Of a stretch of DNA of 64,000 bases, positions 38,956-49,130 are shown piece after piece. The stretch spans positions 1 through 64,000 of the forward strand of contig JBEIPA010000017.1 in the NCBI GenBank assembly GCA_040377305.1. Direction: 5' to 3'. Both the position numbers and the translations under genes were made by a program. Source of the DNA: Flavobacteriales bacterium. Its GTDB lineage: Bacteria; Bacteroidota; Bacteroidia; Palsa-965. Position 1 is the first letter of the stretch. Every line of letters begins with the position of its first letter. The notes under the pieces are model-generated. The model was given only the letters and a program-made list of their open reading frames with translations. It searched no databases and had not been told where the DNA came from.

Positions 38956-40512
38956 TTAGTGTGTGATGTTAACAGAAACCACCGAAGTTGTTTTTCCTCT
39001 CAACGTGATCGTGTAATTACCGGCTGCGAATTTTTTCACAGGAACGACCACTGTGCCGATTCCGTTCTGTGTCGTTGTGTACACAAGCTGTCCGAGTGAA
39101 TTCCGCATCTCAATAATTGTTGAACCTTGCTCCTGCACATTCACAACGAGTTCATCACTTGCCGGATTCGGATAAACTCTTGCAGTCAACGAAGTATTCG
39201 ATGCAACGTTCAACAAGTTGAAATCGGGAGTGAGGTACACACGGAAAATTGTATCGTTTGCCACTGATGGCTGATCGTTTGGTCCGGTTGCCTGAATTCC
39301 TCCGTACAAATAACCTACGAGAATTCTTGATTGCACATCACGCAGGCGAACTACGTCGTTGTCGTACATCGGAACGGTATCCAGCGTAACAAATTTCATA
39401 TTACTTCCGAGCCAGGATGGAAATTGCAACTGCAACGGAACCTGAGCCCATTGTCCATTGTCAGCGTGAACCATTACAGAAACGTCGTGCACAAACGGAA
39501 CAAGTGAATCGTAGGTCAGATTTCCATTGGCGGGATTGTAATCGTACTGGCTGCAACCTCCGAACAATACGGTGTACATCGTGCCATGAACAGAATCAAA
39601 AATCGGAAGCAACGGACACGTGTAATTGTTCAGTTCCTGATCGAAAGTTGTATCAACCGTGTATGTTCCATTCGGGTTGTATTGAATAGGAGACAAGTAA
39701 GGTAAGTCTGCATCTTTTCTGAATACACCGCTGTATGCTGCCCACGATTCGTTGCCCTGCAAATCCATTGTTGGTCCTACGTTCAGATCGCGGCGGTGAA
39801 AATTATTCGTATCGGTAATTGCTCCGTGGTATGTAATACTCAGGTTTGTTCCGTCATCATTGATTACAAATTTCTTCACCTGATCCTGGTAAGTCTGAAC
39901 GAATACGGGTCCGGGCGTTTCCTGATAACGTCCGCGGAAATAATGTCCGAAAATGAGATAAGATGTATCAGCGATCGTAATCATTTCACCACCGGTAACC
40001 TGCAAATTCGGATTTGTGATCTGCCGGATGTGTGGCGCAATAGGTAACGCGTTCTGTACAGCGTTAATCATGCTGTCAATACGAATTGCAGTCAGGGTTG
40101 GATAAGTGTCGTATCGGTTCAGTGTACTATCCCATCCAAATCCGCCGGCGATGTAGAGGTAATCTCCAATCACGGAGTACTGCATGTTTGTTGATCGAAG
40201 CGGATCCTTGATGTTCATTGGCAAACCAAGAATACTCGCGGTAGAATAATTCCACGTTGTTGTGTCAACCACAACAATGTATTCATTTGCAAACATGACA
40301 TCGAAATTGTCGTTGGTCGAAAAACCGTGCAATCCGTTTGTGCGCCCACCAACTATCAGCCACTTACTTCCATGTTGCGCGAAAGCGAAAGAATGAATGG
40401 GAGGTACCGCTGCAGCGTTCACCACTTCAATTTCAACCTGAAAAGGAACCTGTTGTGCGGAAATTACAAATGGAAACAGGAATAATGCAGCGAGGTAGAG
40501 TAATCTGTTCAT
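38956..40512 (-). CDS. T9SS type A cargo, kelch/beta-propeller-like
   Basis: Signal peptide, repeated hydrophobic-GG blades (IVGG, IAGG, LFGG, LYGG) and the CTD VYPNPA. Confidence 0.78.
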   Translation of the reverse strand: MNRLLYLAALFLFPFVISAQQVPFQVEIEVVNAAAVPPIHSFAFAQHGSKWLIVGGRTNGLHGFSTNDNFDVMFANEYIVVVDTTTWNYSTASILGLPMNIKDPLRSTNMQYSVIGDYLYIAGGFGWDSTLNRYDTYPTLTAIRIDSMINAVQNALPIAPHIRQITNPNLQVTGGEMITIADTSYLIFGHYFRGRYQETPGPVFVQTYQDQVKKFVINDDGTNLSITYHGAITDTNNFHRRDLNVGPTMDLQGNESWAAYSGVFRKDADLPYLSPIQYNPNGTYTVDTTFDQELNNYTCPLLPIFDSVHGTMYTVLFGGCSQYDYNPANGNLTYDSLVPFVHDVSVMVHADNGQWAQVPLQLQFPSWLGSNMKFVTLDTVPMYDNDVVRLRDVQSRILVGYLYGGIQATGPNDQPSVANDTIFRVYLTPDFNLLNVASNTSLTARVYPNPASDELVVNVQEQGSTIIEMRNSLGQLVYTTTQNGIGTVVVPVKKFAAGNYTITLRGKTTSVVSVNITH

Positions 40513-40635
40513 GAGTGACTCAAAGATAGCCGTAATTCAATTTATAGAATTGCAATTGAACAATTTACTCATGAAAAAAAGCAATTCTTACTAGCACATG
40601 ACCAAATTAACCCATTAGCACATTAACTTCGGGTC

Positions 40636-42243
40636 ATGACAACAGAACAAATTTCTGACGCTTTGGATTTGACTTCCAAACTCATGGATTTGCATGGAGA
40701 AAATCCATTTAAAGTAAAGGGAACGGCATCTGCCGCATACCGTATTAGCAAATCGGGTCTTGATCTCGACGGGAAATCGCTGGAAGAGCTTGCGCAAATT
40801 GAAGGAATCAGTAAAAGTATTGCTCAGAAAATTTATGAGCTGAATACTACGGGCACTACACAGGAACTCACGAAGTTGATGGAAGTCACTCCTTCGGGCG
40901 TAATAGAAATGCTCGGCATCAAGGGAATTGGTCCGAAGAAAGTGGGACAACTTTGGAAGCAGCTTGAAGTTGAATCTCCGGGCGAATTGATGTACGCGTG
41001 CAAAGAGAACCGACTTGTTGAGCTGAAAGGTTTCGGAGAAAAAACGCAGAATTCGATCATGGCATCGATCGAATATATGCTGTCCAATAAAGGATGGTTT
41101 CAGTATGCAACAGTGGAGAAGTACGCGCTCAGTCTGGTGGACTTTGCCATGAAGCAATTGGACACTGAACTGGTTTCATTGACTGGTCAGGTTCGCAGAA
41201 AAGCAATTGTGCTTAATAAAATTGAATTGCTGGTCGCATCAGAAGAATTCGATATTACCGGGTTCAAAAATCCGCTTGAAATTCCGGTCGATGTGATTTG
41301 CTGTGAACCATTCGAATTTTACTCTGCGTTGTTCTCCACTACCGGAAGTGATTCGCACATGAAGCAGCTGGAGGCCGCAAACATTAAAGTGAAACCAGGG
41401 GCCCGTTCTGAAGAAGCAATTTTTGAAGCTGCCAACCTTGCATACATCGAACCTGAGTTGCGTGAAGGTTCTGGTGAAATATTACTTGCGCAACAGAACC
41501 AACTTCCAAAGCTGATCGAAGTTACCGACCTGCGCGGAATCCTGCACTGTCACACCACGTGGAGCGACGGATTGAATACGTTGGAACAGATGTCTATGCG
41601 TTGCAAGGAAATGGGTTACGAATACTTCGGTGTTTGTGATCACTCCAAGACGGCTAGCTATGCCGGTGGTTTGAAAGAAGATCGTGTTCTTGCTCAACAA
41701 AAAGAAGCCGATGAACTCAATACGAAATTCGGTGCGGAATTCAAGATCTTCAAAGGAATTGAAAGCGATATTCTTGTAAGCGGCGCACTCGACTACGAAG
41801 AAGATATTCTGAAGACGTTTGATTTCGTTGTTGCATCCGTACATTCCGTTTTGCGCATGGACAAAGAGAAAGCAACCAAACGTTTGCTTACTGCCATTGA
41901 AAATCCATACACCCGAATTCTCGGACATCCATCCGGACGATTGCTTTTATCGCGTGAAGGATATCCGCTCGATTATAAGAGAATCATTGATGCGTGTGCT
42001 GCAAACAATGTAGTGATAGAATTGAATGCGCATCCCTATCGTCTCGACATCGACTGGACATGGATTCCTTATTGCATGGAAAAGAATGTGATGATCAGCA
42101 TCAATCCTGACTCACATGAGAAAGAAGCAATGGCCGATGTAAAATGGGGAACGATTGCGGCGAGAAAAGGGATGTTAACGAAAGAGCTTTGTCTGAACAC
42201 AAAGTCCCTGGCCGAATTTGAAATCTGGACACACTCGAAATAG
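40636..42243 (+). CDS. polX: PolX-family HhH plus PHP domain protein with a degenerate polymerase site
   Basis: GENPFK, GIGPKK and KGFGEKT HhH motifs; PHP motifs HCHTTWSDG, DHS, GHP and NPDSH. Confidence 0.88.
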   Translation: MTTEQISDALDLTSKLMDLHGENPFKVKGTASAAYRISKSGLDLDGKSLEELAQIEGISKSIAQKIYELNTTGTTQELTKLMEVTPSGVIEMLGIKGIGPKKVGQLWKQLEVESPGELMYACKENRLVELKGFGEKTQNSIMASIEYMLSNKGWFQYATVEKYALSLVDFAMKQLDTELVSLTGQVRRKAIVLNKIELLVASEEFDITGFKNPLEIPVDVICCEPFEFYSALFSTTGSDSHMKQLEAANIKVKPGARSEEAIFEAANLAYIEPELREGSGEILLAQQNQLPKLIEVTDLRGILHCHTTWSDGLNTLEQMSMRCKEMGYEYFGVCDHSKTASYAGGLKEDRVLAQQKEADELNTKFGAEFKIFKGIESDILVSGALDYEEDILKTFDFVVASVHSVLRMDKEKATKRLLTAIENPYTRILGHPSGRLLLSREGYPLDYKRIIDACAANNVVIELNAHPYRLDIDWTWIPYCMEKNVMISINPDSHEKEAMADVKWGTIAARKGMLTKELCLNTKSLAEFEIWTHSK

Positions 42244-42312
42244 TGCTCGGTTCCCGGTTTTCGGTTTTCAACTCTTTCTAAACCGAGAACAGAGAACAGA
42301 GAACCTGAAACT
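42242..42312. repeat. Inverted heptamer arrays
   Basis: CGGTTCC CGGTTTT CGGTTTT ... AAACCGA GAACAGA GAACAGA GAACCTG. Confidence 0.7.
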
Positions 42313-43827
42313 ATGCCGATACTCAACTCAATAGCAAGCTGGCTAATGGTGAAAAGACTTCACCAGATTGAACTATTCCGGAAACATCCGAGTGAAGTTC
42401 AGAAAGAGTGCTTCGATAAGCTGATTGAGTCGGGACGTGAAACAGAATTTGGTGAACACTTTGGGTTCAATGACATTCACAGTTATCAGGACTTTATTGG
42501 CAAAGTTCCAGTGCAAACTTATGATTCACTTAAACCGTGGATAGAACGTACACGCAATGGCGAGCAAGGTGTACTTTGGCCAACCGAAGTAAAATGGTTT
42601 GCGAAATCTTCGGGAACCACCAATGATAAGAGCAAACTTATTCCTGTCACGGAAGAATCTCTGAAAGATTGCCATTACCACGCTGGCAAAGACATGATCA
42701 CGCTGTATTGCAGCAATCACCCGGATCATCAACTCTTCACCGGAAAAAATCTCGCACTCGGTGGAAGTCACAGTACGGATGAACATGAATTTCACGAAAC
42801 CTATCAAGGTGATGTTTCTGCAATCGTAATTCAAAACCTCCCGATGTGGGCAGATTATTTCCGCGCCCCGAACGTGGAAATCGCTTTAATGAGTGAGTGG
42901 AATGAAAAACTGCGCAGCATAGCAGAGACAACGAAGGATGAAAACGTGGTGAGTCTGGCTGGTGTTCCATCGTGGATGATTGTTGTACTCCGAAAAGTTC
43001 TTGAACTCACCGGTAAGAAAACTATTGCGGAAGTTTGGCCGAACCTCGAAGTATATTTTCACGGTGGTGTGAGCTTGAATCCCTATCGTACACAGCTGAA
43101 AGAATTGTTGGGGAAGCAAATCAATTACCTCGAGCTCTACAATGCTTCTGAAGGTTTCTTCGGTATGCAGGATCAGAAGGAAAGCGGTGAATTGTTGCTG
43201 ATGCTCGATTACGGAATTTTCTATGAGTTCATTCCGCAAAGTGACTGGGGAAATGAAAATCCGAAAACGCTGGAACTTCACGAAACTGTTGTGGGTGAAC
43301 CTTACGCAATTCTGATCACCACGACTGGTGGATTGTGGCGCTACTCATTAGGTGATACCATTGAATTCACTTCAGTAATTCCTTATCGGTTCAAAATCAC
43401 CGGCAGGACAAAAAGCTTCATCAACGTTTTTGGAGAAGAACTCATGGAGGGAAATGCAGAGAAAGCACTCCAGATTGCCTGCGAAAAGACCGGGGCTGCA
43501 GTTAATGAGTATACGGCTACAGCAGTTTTCACTCCGGATAAAAAGCAGGCGTATCACGAGTGGGCAATTGAATTCACACGAGAGCCATCAGATCACAACT
43601 ACTTTGCAGAGGTGCTCGACAACACGCTGAAGTCGCTGAACTCCGATTATGAGGCGAAACGATATGGGAATTATATTTTGCTTCCGTTGAAAGTTTCAAA
43701 AGTGAGTCCTGGGACCTTCCTTCGCTGGTTCAAACACAAGGGTAAACAAGGCGGACAATTCAAAATTCCACGCTTGTCGAATGAACGTAAAGTTTTGGAC
43801 GAGGTATTGAAGCTCAATCACCAATAA
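42313..43827 (+). CDS. GH3 (auxin-responsive promoter) family acyl-adenylate ligase
   Basis: FAKSSGTT, YNASEGFF, GLWRY.LGD, ITGRTK and GGQFKIPRL. Confidence 0.92.
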   Translation: MPILNSIASWLMVKRLHQIELFRKHPSEVQKECFDKLIESGRETEFGEHFGFNDIHSYQDFIGKVPVQTYDSLKPWIERTRNGEQGVLWPTEVKWFAKSSGTTNDKSKLIPVTEESLKDCHYHAGKDMITLYCSNHPDHQLFTGKNLALGGSHSTDEHEFHETYQGDVSAIVIQNLPMWADYFRAPNVEIALMSEWNEKLRSIAETTKDENVVSLAGVPSWMIVVLRKVLELTGKKTIAEVWPNLEVYFHGGVSLNPYRTQLKELLGKQINYLELYNASEGFFGMQDQKESGELLLMLDYGIFYEFIPQSDWGNENPKTLELHETVVGEPYAILITTTGGLWRYSLGDTIEFTSVIPYRFKITGRTKSFINVFGEELMEGNAEKALQIACEKTGAAVNEYTATAVFTPDKKQAYHEWAIEFTREPSDHNYFAEVLDNTLKSLNSDYEAKRYGNYILLPLKVSKVSPGTFLRWFKHKGKQGGQFKIPRLSNERKVLDEVLKLNHQ

Positions 43828-43857
43828 CGGCGCGAAAATTGCGTTATCTTCATCATA

Positions 43858-44652
43858 ATGCATAAGCTAATCTTCATACTCTCTGTTTTTGTCATCTGCG
43901 CATTTGATAATGCCGATATCAATCCGGACTATAACGTGGAGATCAGTTCGAATGCGATGGTTACCGATAATCTTTCCAATGTTTACCTGATCAGCGATGA
44001 TCGGTTTCTGAAATACGACATGAAGCTGAAGCTGCAGAAAGAATTCAGCAACAAAAACTTCGGCAACATCACAACAGCCGATGTTACGAATCCGCTTAGA
44101 CCGCTACTCTTCTACCAGGAGTTCGGCCGCATTGTTTTTCTGGACAACACACTCAGTTTAAACGGTGAGCCGATTGCTTTGGAAAAACTGGGCTACCCAT
44201 TGGCAACTCTTGCCGCATCATCCTACGACAACAGCTTGTGGATTTATGATCAACCGTCATTTGAATTGATTCGCTTCAACACTGCGTTGGAGATTACAAA
44301 TCGCACGGGAAATCTTTCACAGATTCTGGGAATCGAGCTTCAACCAAATTTCATTCTCGAAAAAGACAATCGCTTGTTCGTGAACAATCCGAAAACAGGA
44401 ATTCTTGTGTTTGATGTCTTCGGAACTTACATCAAAACAATTCCGATTCTGGATCTTACCAATTTTCAGGTGGCCGATGATCAGATTTCCTATTTCAGAA
44501 TGTCGATTTTGAAAGCGTGGAATATTACGACTGCTGAAACTACAGATTACACACAACCGCAGAGCGCAACGGCACTAAACATGCGACTCGAACGCGAGGC
44601 AATCTTCGTTCAGGATTCCGCGAAAGTCTCCAGCTACATCCGAAAAAAATAA
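43858..44652 (+). CDS. Conserved exported hypothetical protein, beta-propeller-like
   Basis: Signal peptide, beta-rich, FDVFGTY. Confidence 0.65.
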   Translation: MHKLIFILSVFVICAFDNADINPDYNVEISSNAMVTDNLSNVYLISDDRFLKYDMKLKLQKEFSNKNFGNITTADVTNPLRPLLFYQEFGRIVFLDNTLSLNGEPIALEKLGYPLATLAASSYDNSLWIYDQPSFELIRFNTALEITNRTGNLSQILGIELQPNFILEKDNRLFVNNPKTGILVFDVFGTYIKTIPILDLTNFQVADDQISYFRMSILKAWNITTAETTDYTQPQSATALNMRLEREAIFVQDSAKVSSYIRKK

Positions 44653-44676
44653 GGGCCTCACTTTTGGTGAAGCCCT
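44643..44676 (-). terminator. Intrinsic terminator
   Basis: Minus strand AGGGCTTCAC-caaaa-GTGAGGCCCT followed by TATTTTTTT. Confidence 0.7.
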
Positions 44677-44722
44677 CTATAGATCAATCGCGCGGTAGAT
44701 TTCTCTGTTCCGCCAGGATTAT

Positions 44723-45109
44723 TTAGAATGGTAAGTCATCGCTCTCGCTCGCAGCGCTGAACGTAGTAATATCCGGAGTTGGTGCTGCTTTCTGCATTGG
44801 AGCACTATTCTGAGCTCCGGCATTTGCATTCACACTTTCAATTTTCCACGCTTCAATAGTGTTGAAGTATTTCATTTGATTTGTTTTCGGATCATTCCAC
44901 TCACGTCCACGCAAGTTAAAGAACACGCGAATCTCATCACCAGGATTGTACTGATCGATCAAACCACACTTGTCTTGTGTAAGCTGCAATGTAATGTGTT
45001 GTGGATACTGAGACGAATTGTCTGTGATAACAATGTCTCTTTTACGAAAACGCTCAGAAACCTGTTGTTCCGGAAACTTAACCTTAAGGGTGCCTGTGAT
45101 GTTAAACAT
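44723..45109 (-). CDS. DUF3127 family protein (SSB-like OB fold with acidic tail)
   Basis: QYPQ, FNLRGREW, YFNTIEAWKI and C-terminal DDLPF. Confidence 0.88.
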   Translation of the reverse strand: MFNITGTLKVKFPEQQVSERFRKRDIVITDNSSQYPQHITLQLTQDKCGLIDQYNPGDEIRVFFNLRGREWNDPKTNQMKYFNTIEAWKIESVNANAGAQNSAPMQKAAPTPDITTFSAASESDDLPF

Positions 45110-45195
45110 GATAAAATGGTTTTAAAATTAAACGTGATTAATTATTACAAAAATAATCCAAATCGCCCGCCTCTATTTCAGTTATTAACGATTGT

Positions 45196-46074
45196 TCATA
45201 ACTCTGACAGCAACACTTTCCATGCCTCTTCCACCTTGCCATTGTTCAGCAAATCAGCAGCGATAACGTGTAAATTATTGTCTCCCCGTGCTTTCTGTAA
45301 CTCGGTGATTACACCTGTTTTAACAAACGCCTCAATTTCCTCTTTGCCCGGCAGCTTTTCCACGTTTCCCAGCATGCCAAGATGATTACCAGTCAATGTG
45401 TTGCTGTTACGAATCGCGTGTGGAATTCCATCAACTCCGATTCCAATTGTAATCAATGGTTTTGGCACTTTGAACATTGCGTTCCCGGATGCACGACAAT
45501 ACCAGTCGCCACCCATGCGCGCCACGAGATCAATCTTATTCTGATCAATCATTTTGGTTTCCGGATCGAGAATATCGTCTGCAATGTGAATCATTACGAT
45601 TTCTGCAATCACCAGATTTCCCGCGCCACCTTGCGTGCCCAACTCTATTACTTCCCGAACGATACATTCCAGTTGCACGGGCGATTCTTTAACACGGGAA
45701 GGGCGGATTTTTACCGAAGGAATTTCTGTCAATCCGGCTTTCACAAACTCATTCGTTCCCTTCGGATATTCTGTGCTGCTCAATGAAGCTTGTTGCACCA
45801 AATCGTAGTTCACAATGTTGATTACAACTTCAGGAACTTCCCGCACATTGTCGAGTGTGTTCTTCGTTGCACCCGTTCTTCCGCTTCGTGCAGGTGAAAA
45901 AATTGCAATCGGCGGATTCGCAGAAAACACATTGAAGAAACTGAATGGTGCGAGATTCGCGTTTCCTTCTGCATCGATAGTGCTCGCCCATGCGATTGGA
46001 CGTGGAGCAACTGCGTGAAGAAGATACTGGTGAATCTGGGCTGTTTTTAATTCTTTAGGATCGAGAGAAAGCAT
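45196..46074 (-). CDS. Flavin reductase family protein (DIM6/NTAB-like)
   Basis: VAPRPIAWAST, NLAPFSFFN, ESPVQLEC and ARMGG. Confidence 0.9.
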   Translation of the reverse strand: MLSLDPKELKTAQIHQYLLHAVAPRPIAWASTIDAEGNANLAPFSFFNVFSANPPIAIFSPARSGRTGATKNTLDNVREVPEVVINIVNYDLVQQASLSSTEYPKGTNEFVKAGLTEIPSVKIRPSRVKESPVQLECIVREVIELGTQGGAGNLVIAEIVMIHIADDILDPETKMIDQNKIDLVARMGGDWYCRASGNAMFKVPKPLITIGIGVDGIPHAIRNSNTLTGNHLGMLGNVEKLPGKEEIEAFVKTGVITELQKARGDNNLHVIAADLLNNGKVEEAWKVLLSEL

Positions 46075-46084
46075 TCAGCAAAGA

Positions 46085-46184
46085 TAGTATGCAGTGCTCA
46101 GTACGCAGTAGGTTGCAGCAAGTTATTTCTTGCAGCCGAGCTAAATTATTACTGCAAACTGCGTACTGTGTACTGCGCACTGCT
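46085..46184. repeat. Inverted heptamer arrays between divergent promoters
   Basis: (TAGTATG CAGTGCT CAGTACG CAGTAGG) ... (ACTGCAA ACTGCGT ACTGTGT ACTGCGC ACTGCT). Confidence 0.75.
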
Positions 46185-46197
46185 CTATCTTCGCTTC

Positions 46198-46968
46198 ATG
46201 TCAAAAACAGCTCTTATCACCGGCTCCACCAGCGGAATCGGTCTCGGTATTGCAAAAGAATTTGCTAAAGCCGGTTACAATATCTCATTCAATGGTCTCG
46301 AAAAGAACGGACAGGAAATTGCAGATGCAGTTGGAAAAGAATTCGGCGTGAAAGTATTTTTCTCCGGCGCCAATCTTCTCGACCCTGTTGCGATTGAAAA
46401 TTTCATTCGTGAAACGGAAAAAAATCTTGGAGGAGTTGATATACTCGTGAACAATGCAGGAATGCAGTTCGTTGCACCGATTGATGAATTTCCTAAAGAG
46501 AAGTGGGACATGATCATTGCGCTGAATCTCACTGCCGCTTTTCACACGACCAAGCATGCACTCGCAGGAATGAAATCACGCAAGTGGGGGCGTATCATCA
46601 ATATTGCATCTGCTCACGGATTAGTTGCATCCGAATTCAAAGGCGCCTACGTTGCCGCGAAACACGGACTTGTTGGATTCACAAAAGTGACCGCGCTTGA
46701 AGGTGCTCCTTTCGGAATTACAGCGAATGCCGTTTGTCCAGGATATGTAGACACTCCACTTGTTCGCGGACAAATTGCTGATCAGGCGAAAACGCACAAC
46801 ATGAGTGAAGCTGATGTGATTTCGAAAGTCATGTTAGCGAAACATGCCGTGAAGAAATTTGTGACCACCGAAGCACTTGGCGCTCTTTGCGTTTTCCTTG
46901 CAAGCGATCATGCCGAAGTGATGACTGGAAATGCGATTCCGGTAGATGGTGGATGGAATGCTCAATAA
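46198..46968 (+). CDS. bdhA: D-3-hydroxybutyrate dehydrogenase (SDR family)
   Basis: TGSTSGIG, NNAGMQFVAPIDEFP, ASAHGLVAS and YVAAKHG; start at ATG 46198. Confidence 0.88.
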   Translation: MSKTALITGSTSGIGLGIAKEFAKAGYNISFNGLEKNGQEIADAVGKEFGVKVFFSGANLLDPVAIENFIRETEKNLGGVDILVNNAGMQFVAPIDEFPKEKWDMIIALNLTAAFHTTKHALAGMKSRKWGRIINIASAHGLVASEFKGAYVAAKHGLVGFTKVTALEGAPFGITANAVCPGYVDTPLVRGQIADQAKTHNMSEADVISKVMLAKHAVKKFVTTEALGALCVFLASDHAEVMTGNAIPVDGGWNAQ

Positions 46969-47038
46969 GATTTAACAACATTTCAACAAATGGCCCAAGA
47001 TCACAGCAAACCGGAAACTGTTATTACCTTTAGCGCTC

Positions 47039-48076
47039 TTGAATCCGCGACATCACTTTGATAAGAAACATGTTTCCCTCGCACTGCAAGGTGGCGGAGC
47101 GCATGGTGCCTTTACATGGGGCGTACTTGATCGCCTGCTGGAAGTTGAAGAATTAGTAGCCGAAGGAATTTGCGGTACAAGCGCAGGTGCCGTAAATGCA
47201 GTTGCACTCGCATACGGTTTACACATGGGCGGTCCTGCAAAGGCAAAAGAACTTCTGGAAGCATTGTGGAAGAAGATTTCGGTGTATGGTGGCAGCATGT
47301 TTAAGCCATCATCCTGGGACAGCGCCATGAATTTTGGGAATCTCTACAATTCTCCGGGATACATCTGGTACAATGCAATTTCACAAACGCTGTCTCCATA
47401 CGAACTGAATCCTTTCAATTACAATCCGCTGCGTGATGTATTGGAAAGTATTATTGACTTCAAAGAACTTCAGCATTACAGCACGAAGAAGCTTTTCATT
47501 TGTGCAACCAATGTAAAAACCAACCGTGCAAAGGTTTTTCACAACCACGAAATCACAGTTGAAGCTGTCCTTGCTTCCACGTGTCTTCCGATGTTGTTCC
47601 AGGCTGTGAAAATCGGTGATGAATATTTTTGGGATGGTGGCTACATGGGAAATCCACCGTTGACGCCATTGATCGCTGAAACAGAATCGCATGATGTGCT
47701 ATTGGTGAAAATCAACTCAATCAATATTCCGAAAGTTCCGACGCATGCGCGTGATATTCAGGAACGAATGAATGAGATCAGTTTTAATTCGAGCCTGATC
47801 AATGAAATGCACATGGTTCACTACCGCAATGAATTGATTCGCCGTGGTGTAAATCTTCCGGAACAAAATCGTGAAATATTTGTGCACTGTATTTCCGGTT
47901 ATGATGTACTCGACAAGCTCTCTTATTCCAGTAAGCTGAATACATCCTGGGATTTTCTTATGCACCTGAAAGAAGAAGGTCGTCGTGTTGCTGAGAAGTG
48001 GCTGGAAGAGGAATATGATCAGGTAGGCGTTCGCTCTACATTCGATATCGAAGAGCATTTCCTGAATAGATACTAG
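47039..48076 (+). CDS. Patatin-like phospholipase/esterase
   Basis: GGGAHG, GTSAG and DGGY. Confidence 0.9.
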   Translation: MNPRHHFDKKHVSLALQGGGAHGAFTWGVLDRLLEVEELVAEGICGTSAGAVNAVALAYGLHMGGPAKAKELLEALWKKISVYGGSMFKPSSWDSAMNFGNLYNSPGYIWYNAISQTLSPYELNPFNYNPLRDVLESIIDFKELQHYSTKKLFICATNVKTNRAKVFHNHEITVEAVLASTCLPMLFQAVKIGDEYFWDGGYMGNPPLTPLIAETESHDVLLVKINSINIPKVPTHARDIQERMNEISFNSSLINEMHMVHYRNELIRRGVNLPEQNREIFVHCISGYDVLDKLSYSSKLNTSWDFLMHLKEEGRRVAEKWLEEEYDQVGVRSTFDIEEHFLNRY

Positions 48077-48256
48077 ATTTTCTCTCCAGGAAGGACTTCA
48101 GTTATCTGAAACTTTCGGCGTCGGATTTCGGAGATAAACTCAAACGTATCTCATAAAATCCAAGAGCTATGCATTGATCTTTACCGCGATGATCCGAGAG
48201 ATTCCCTAACAACACACACATATCAGAATCCGCGTTCCAAAATCCGACTCCAATTT

Positions 48257-49093
48257 CTACGCAATATTCTTCTCCAGGTACTCACTAATCAATCCCGATA
48301 TCTGCGGAATCGCTTCGAGATTTAGTGTATGCCCTACTCCATTCAGTACAATAAATTCGGATTCCGGAATGTTCTCATTCACTTGTTGAGCAATTGCAAC
48401 CGGGATCAGCAAATCTTCCTCGCCGTGAATTATCATCACCGGAGCTTTCACCTTCATCAGCTGCGCACGGTAATCGCCTCGTGTTTCAGTTGCCTGCATG
48501 AGCTTGAATAAATTGTCAGCCGATAAATTATTACTGATCCGCAATTCCTTCAGAGTCTGAATTGGAATAAGTGGTTTCTCGAAATAAGTTGCACCCAATA
48601 CCACAGGCAACATCACATCGAGCAACAAGGGATAGCCCCCAACCCGCAACGCCGATTTCCAGCTTTCTCCCATTGCCGTAAATATTTCGGCGTTGTGCGC
48701 GAATGTCGACATCAGAACAGCACCCACATATTTCTCCGGAAACAATACTAAGGCGTGTTGCGCAACAGCACTTCCGTAAGAAAGTCCGCAGAGAACCGGT
48801 TTTTTAATTTCGAGCGCGGCCACAAGTGCAGTCACATCATTCGCATGTTGGTCATACGATCTGAATTCGCCTTGCGCAGTTGACTTTCCCTGAAACACGA
48901 GATCGAGCAACAACACGTTGCATTTCCCGATGAATTTCGGAGTAACCGCCGCCCACGACAATGTGCTCTGCGATAAACCATTCAGAAAAATGACAGTTGG
49001 TAATTCTTCACCGATAAAATGGTGTTGATAGAATAAGTTGTTGCCATCCTGCAATTCAAATAAATTCTCTTGTATTCCCGGTGCCGTGTCCAT
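48257..49093 (-). CDS. Alpha/beta hydrolase
   Basis: GLSYG nucleophile elbow, GEED and GH. Confidence 0.88.
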   Translation of the reverse strand: MDTAPGIQENLFELQDGNNLFYQHHFIGEELPTVIFLNGLSQSTLSWAAVTPKFIGKCNVLLLDLVFQGKSTAQGEFRSYDQHANDVTALVAALEIKKPVLCGLSYGSAVAQHALVLFPEKYVGAVLMSTFAHNAEIFTAMGESWKSALRVGGYPLLLDVMLPVVLGATYFEKPLIPIQTLKELRISNNLSADNLFKLMQATETRGDYRAQLMKVKAPVMIIHGEEDLLIPVAIAQQVNENIPESEFIVLNGVGHTLNLEAIPQISGLISEYLEKNIA

Positions 49094-49130
49094 ATAATCG
49101 GTAATTTTCCTCTGGGAAAGATAGAATTAT

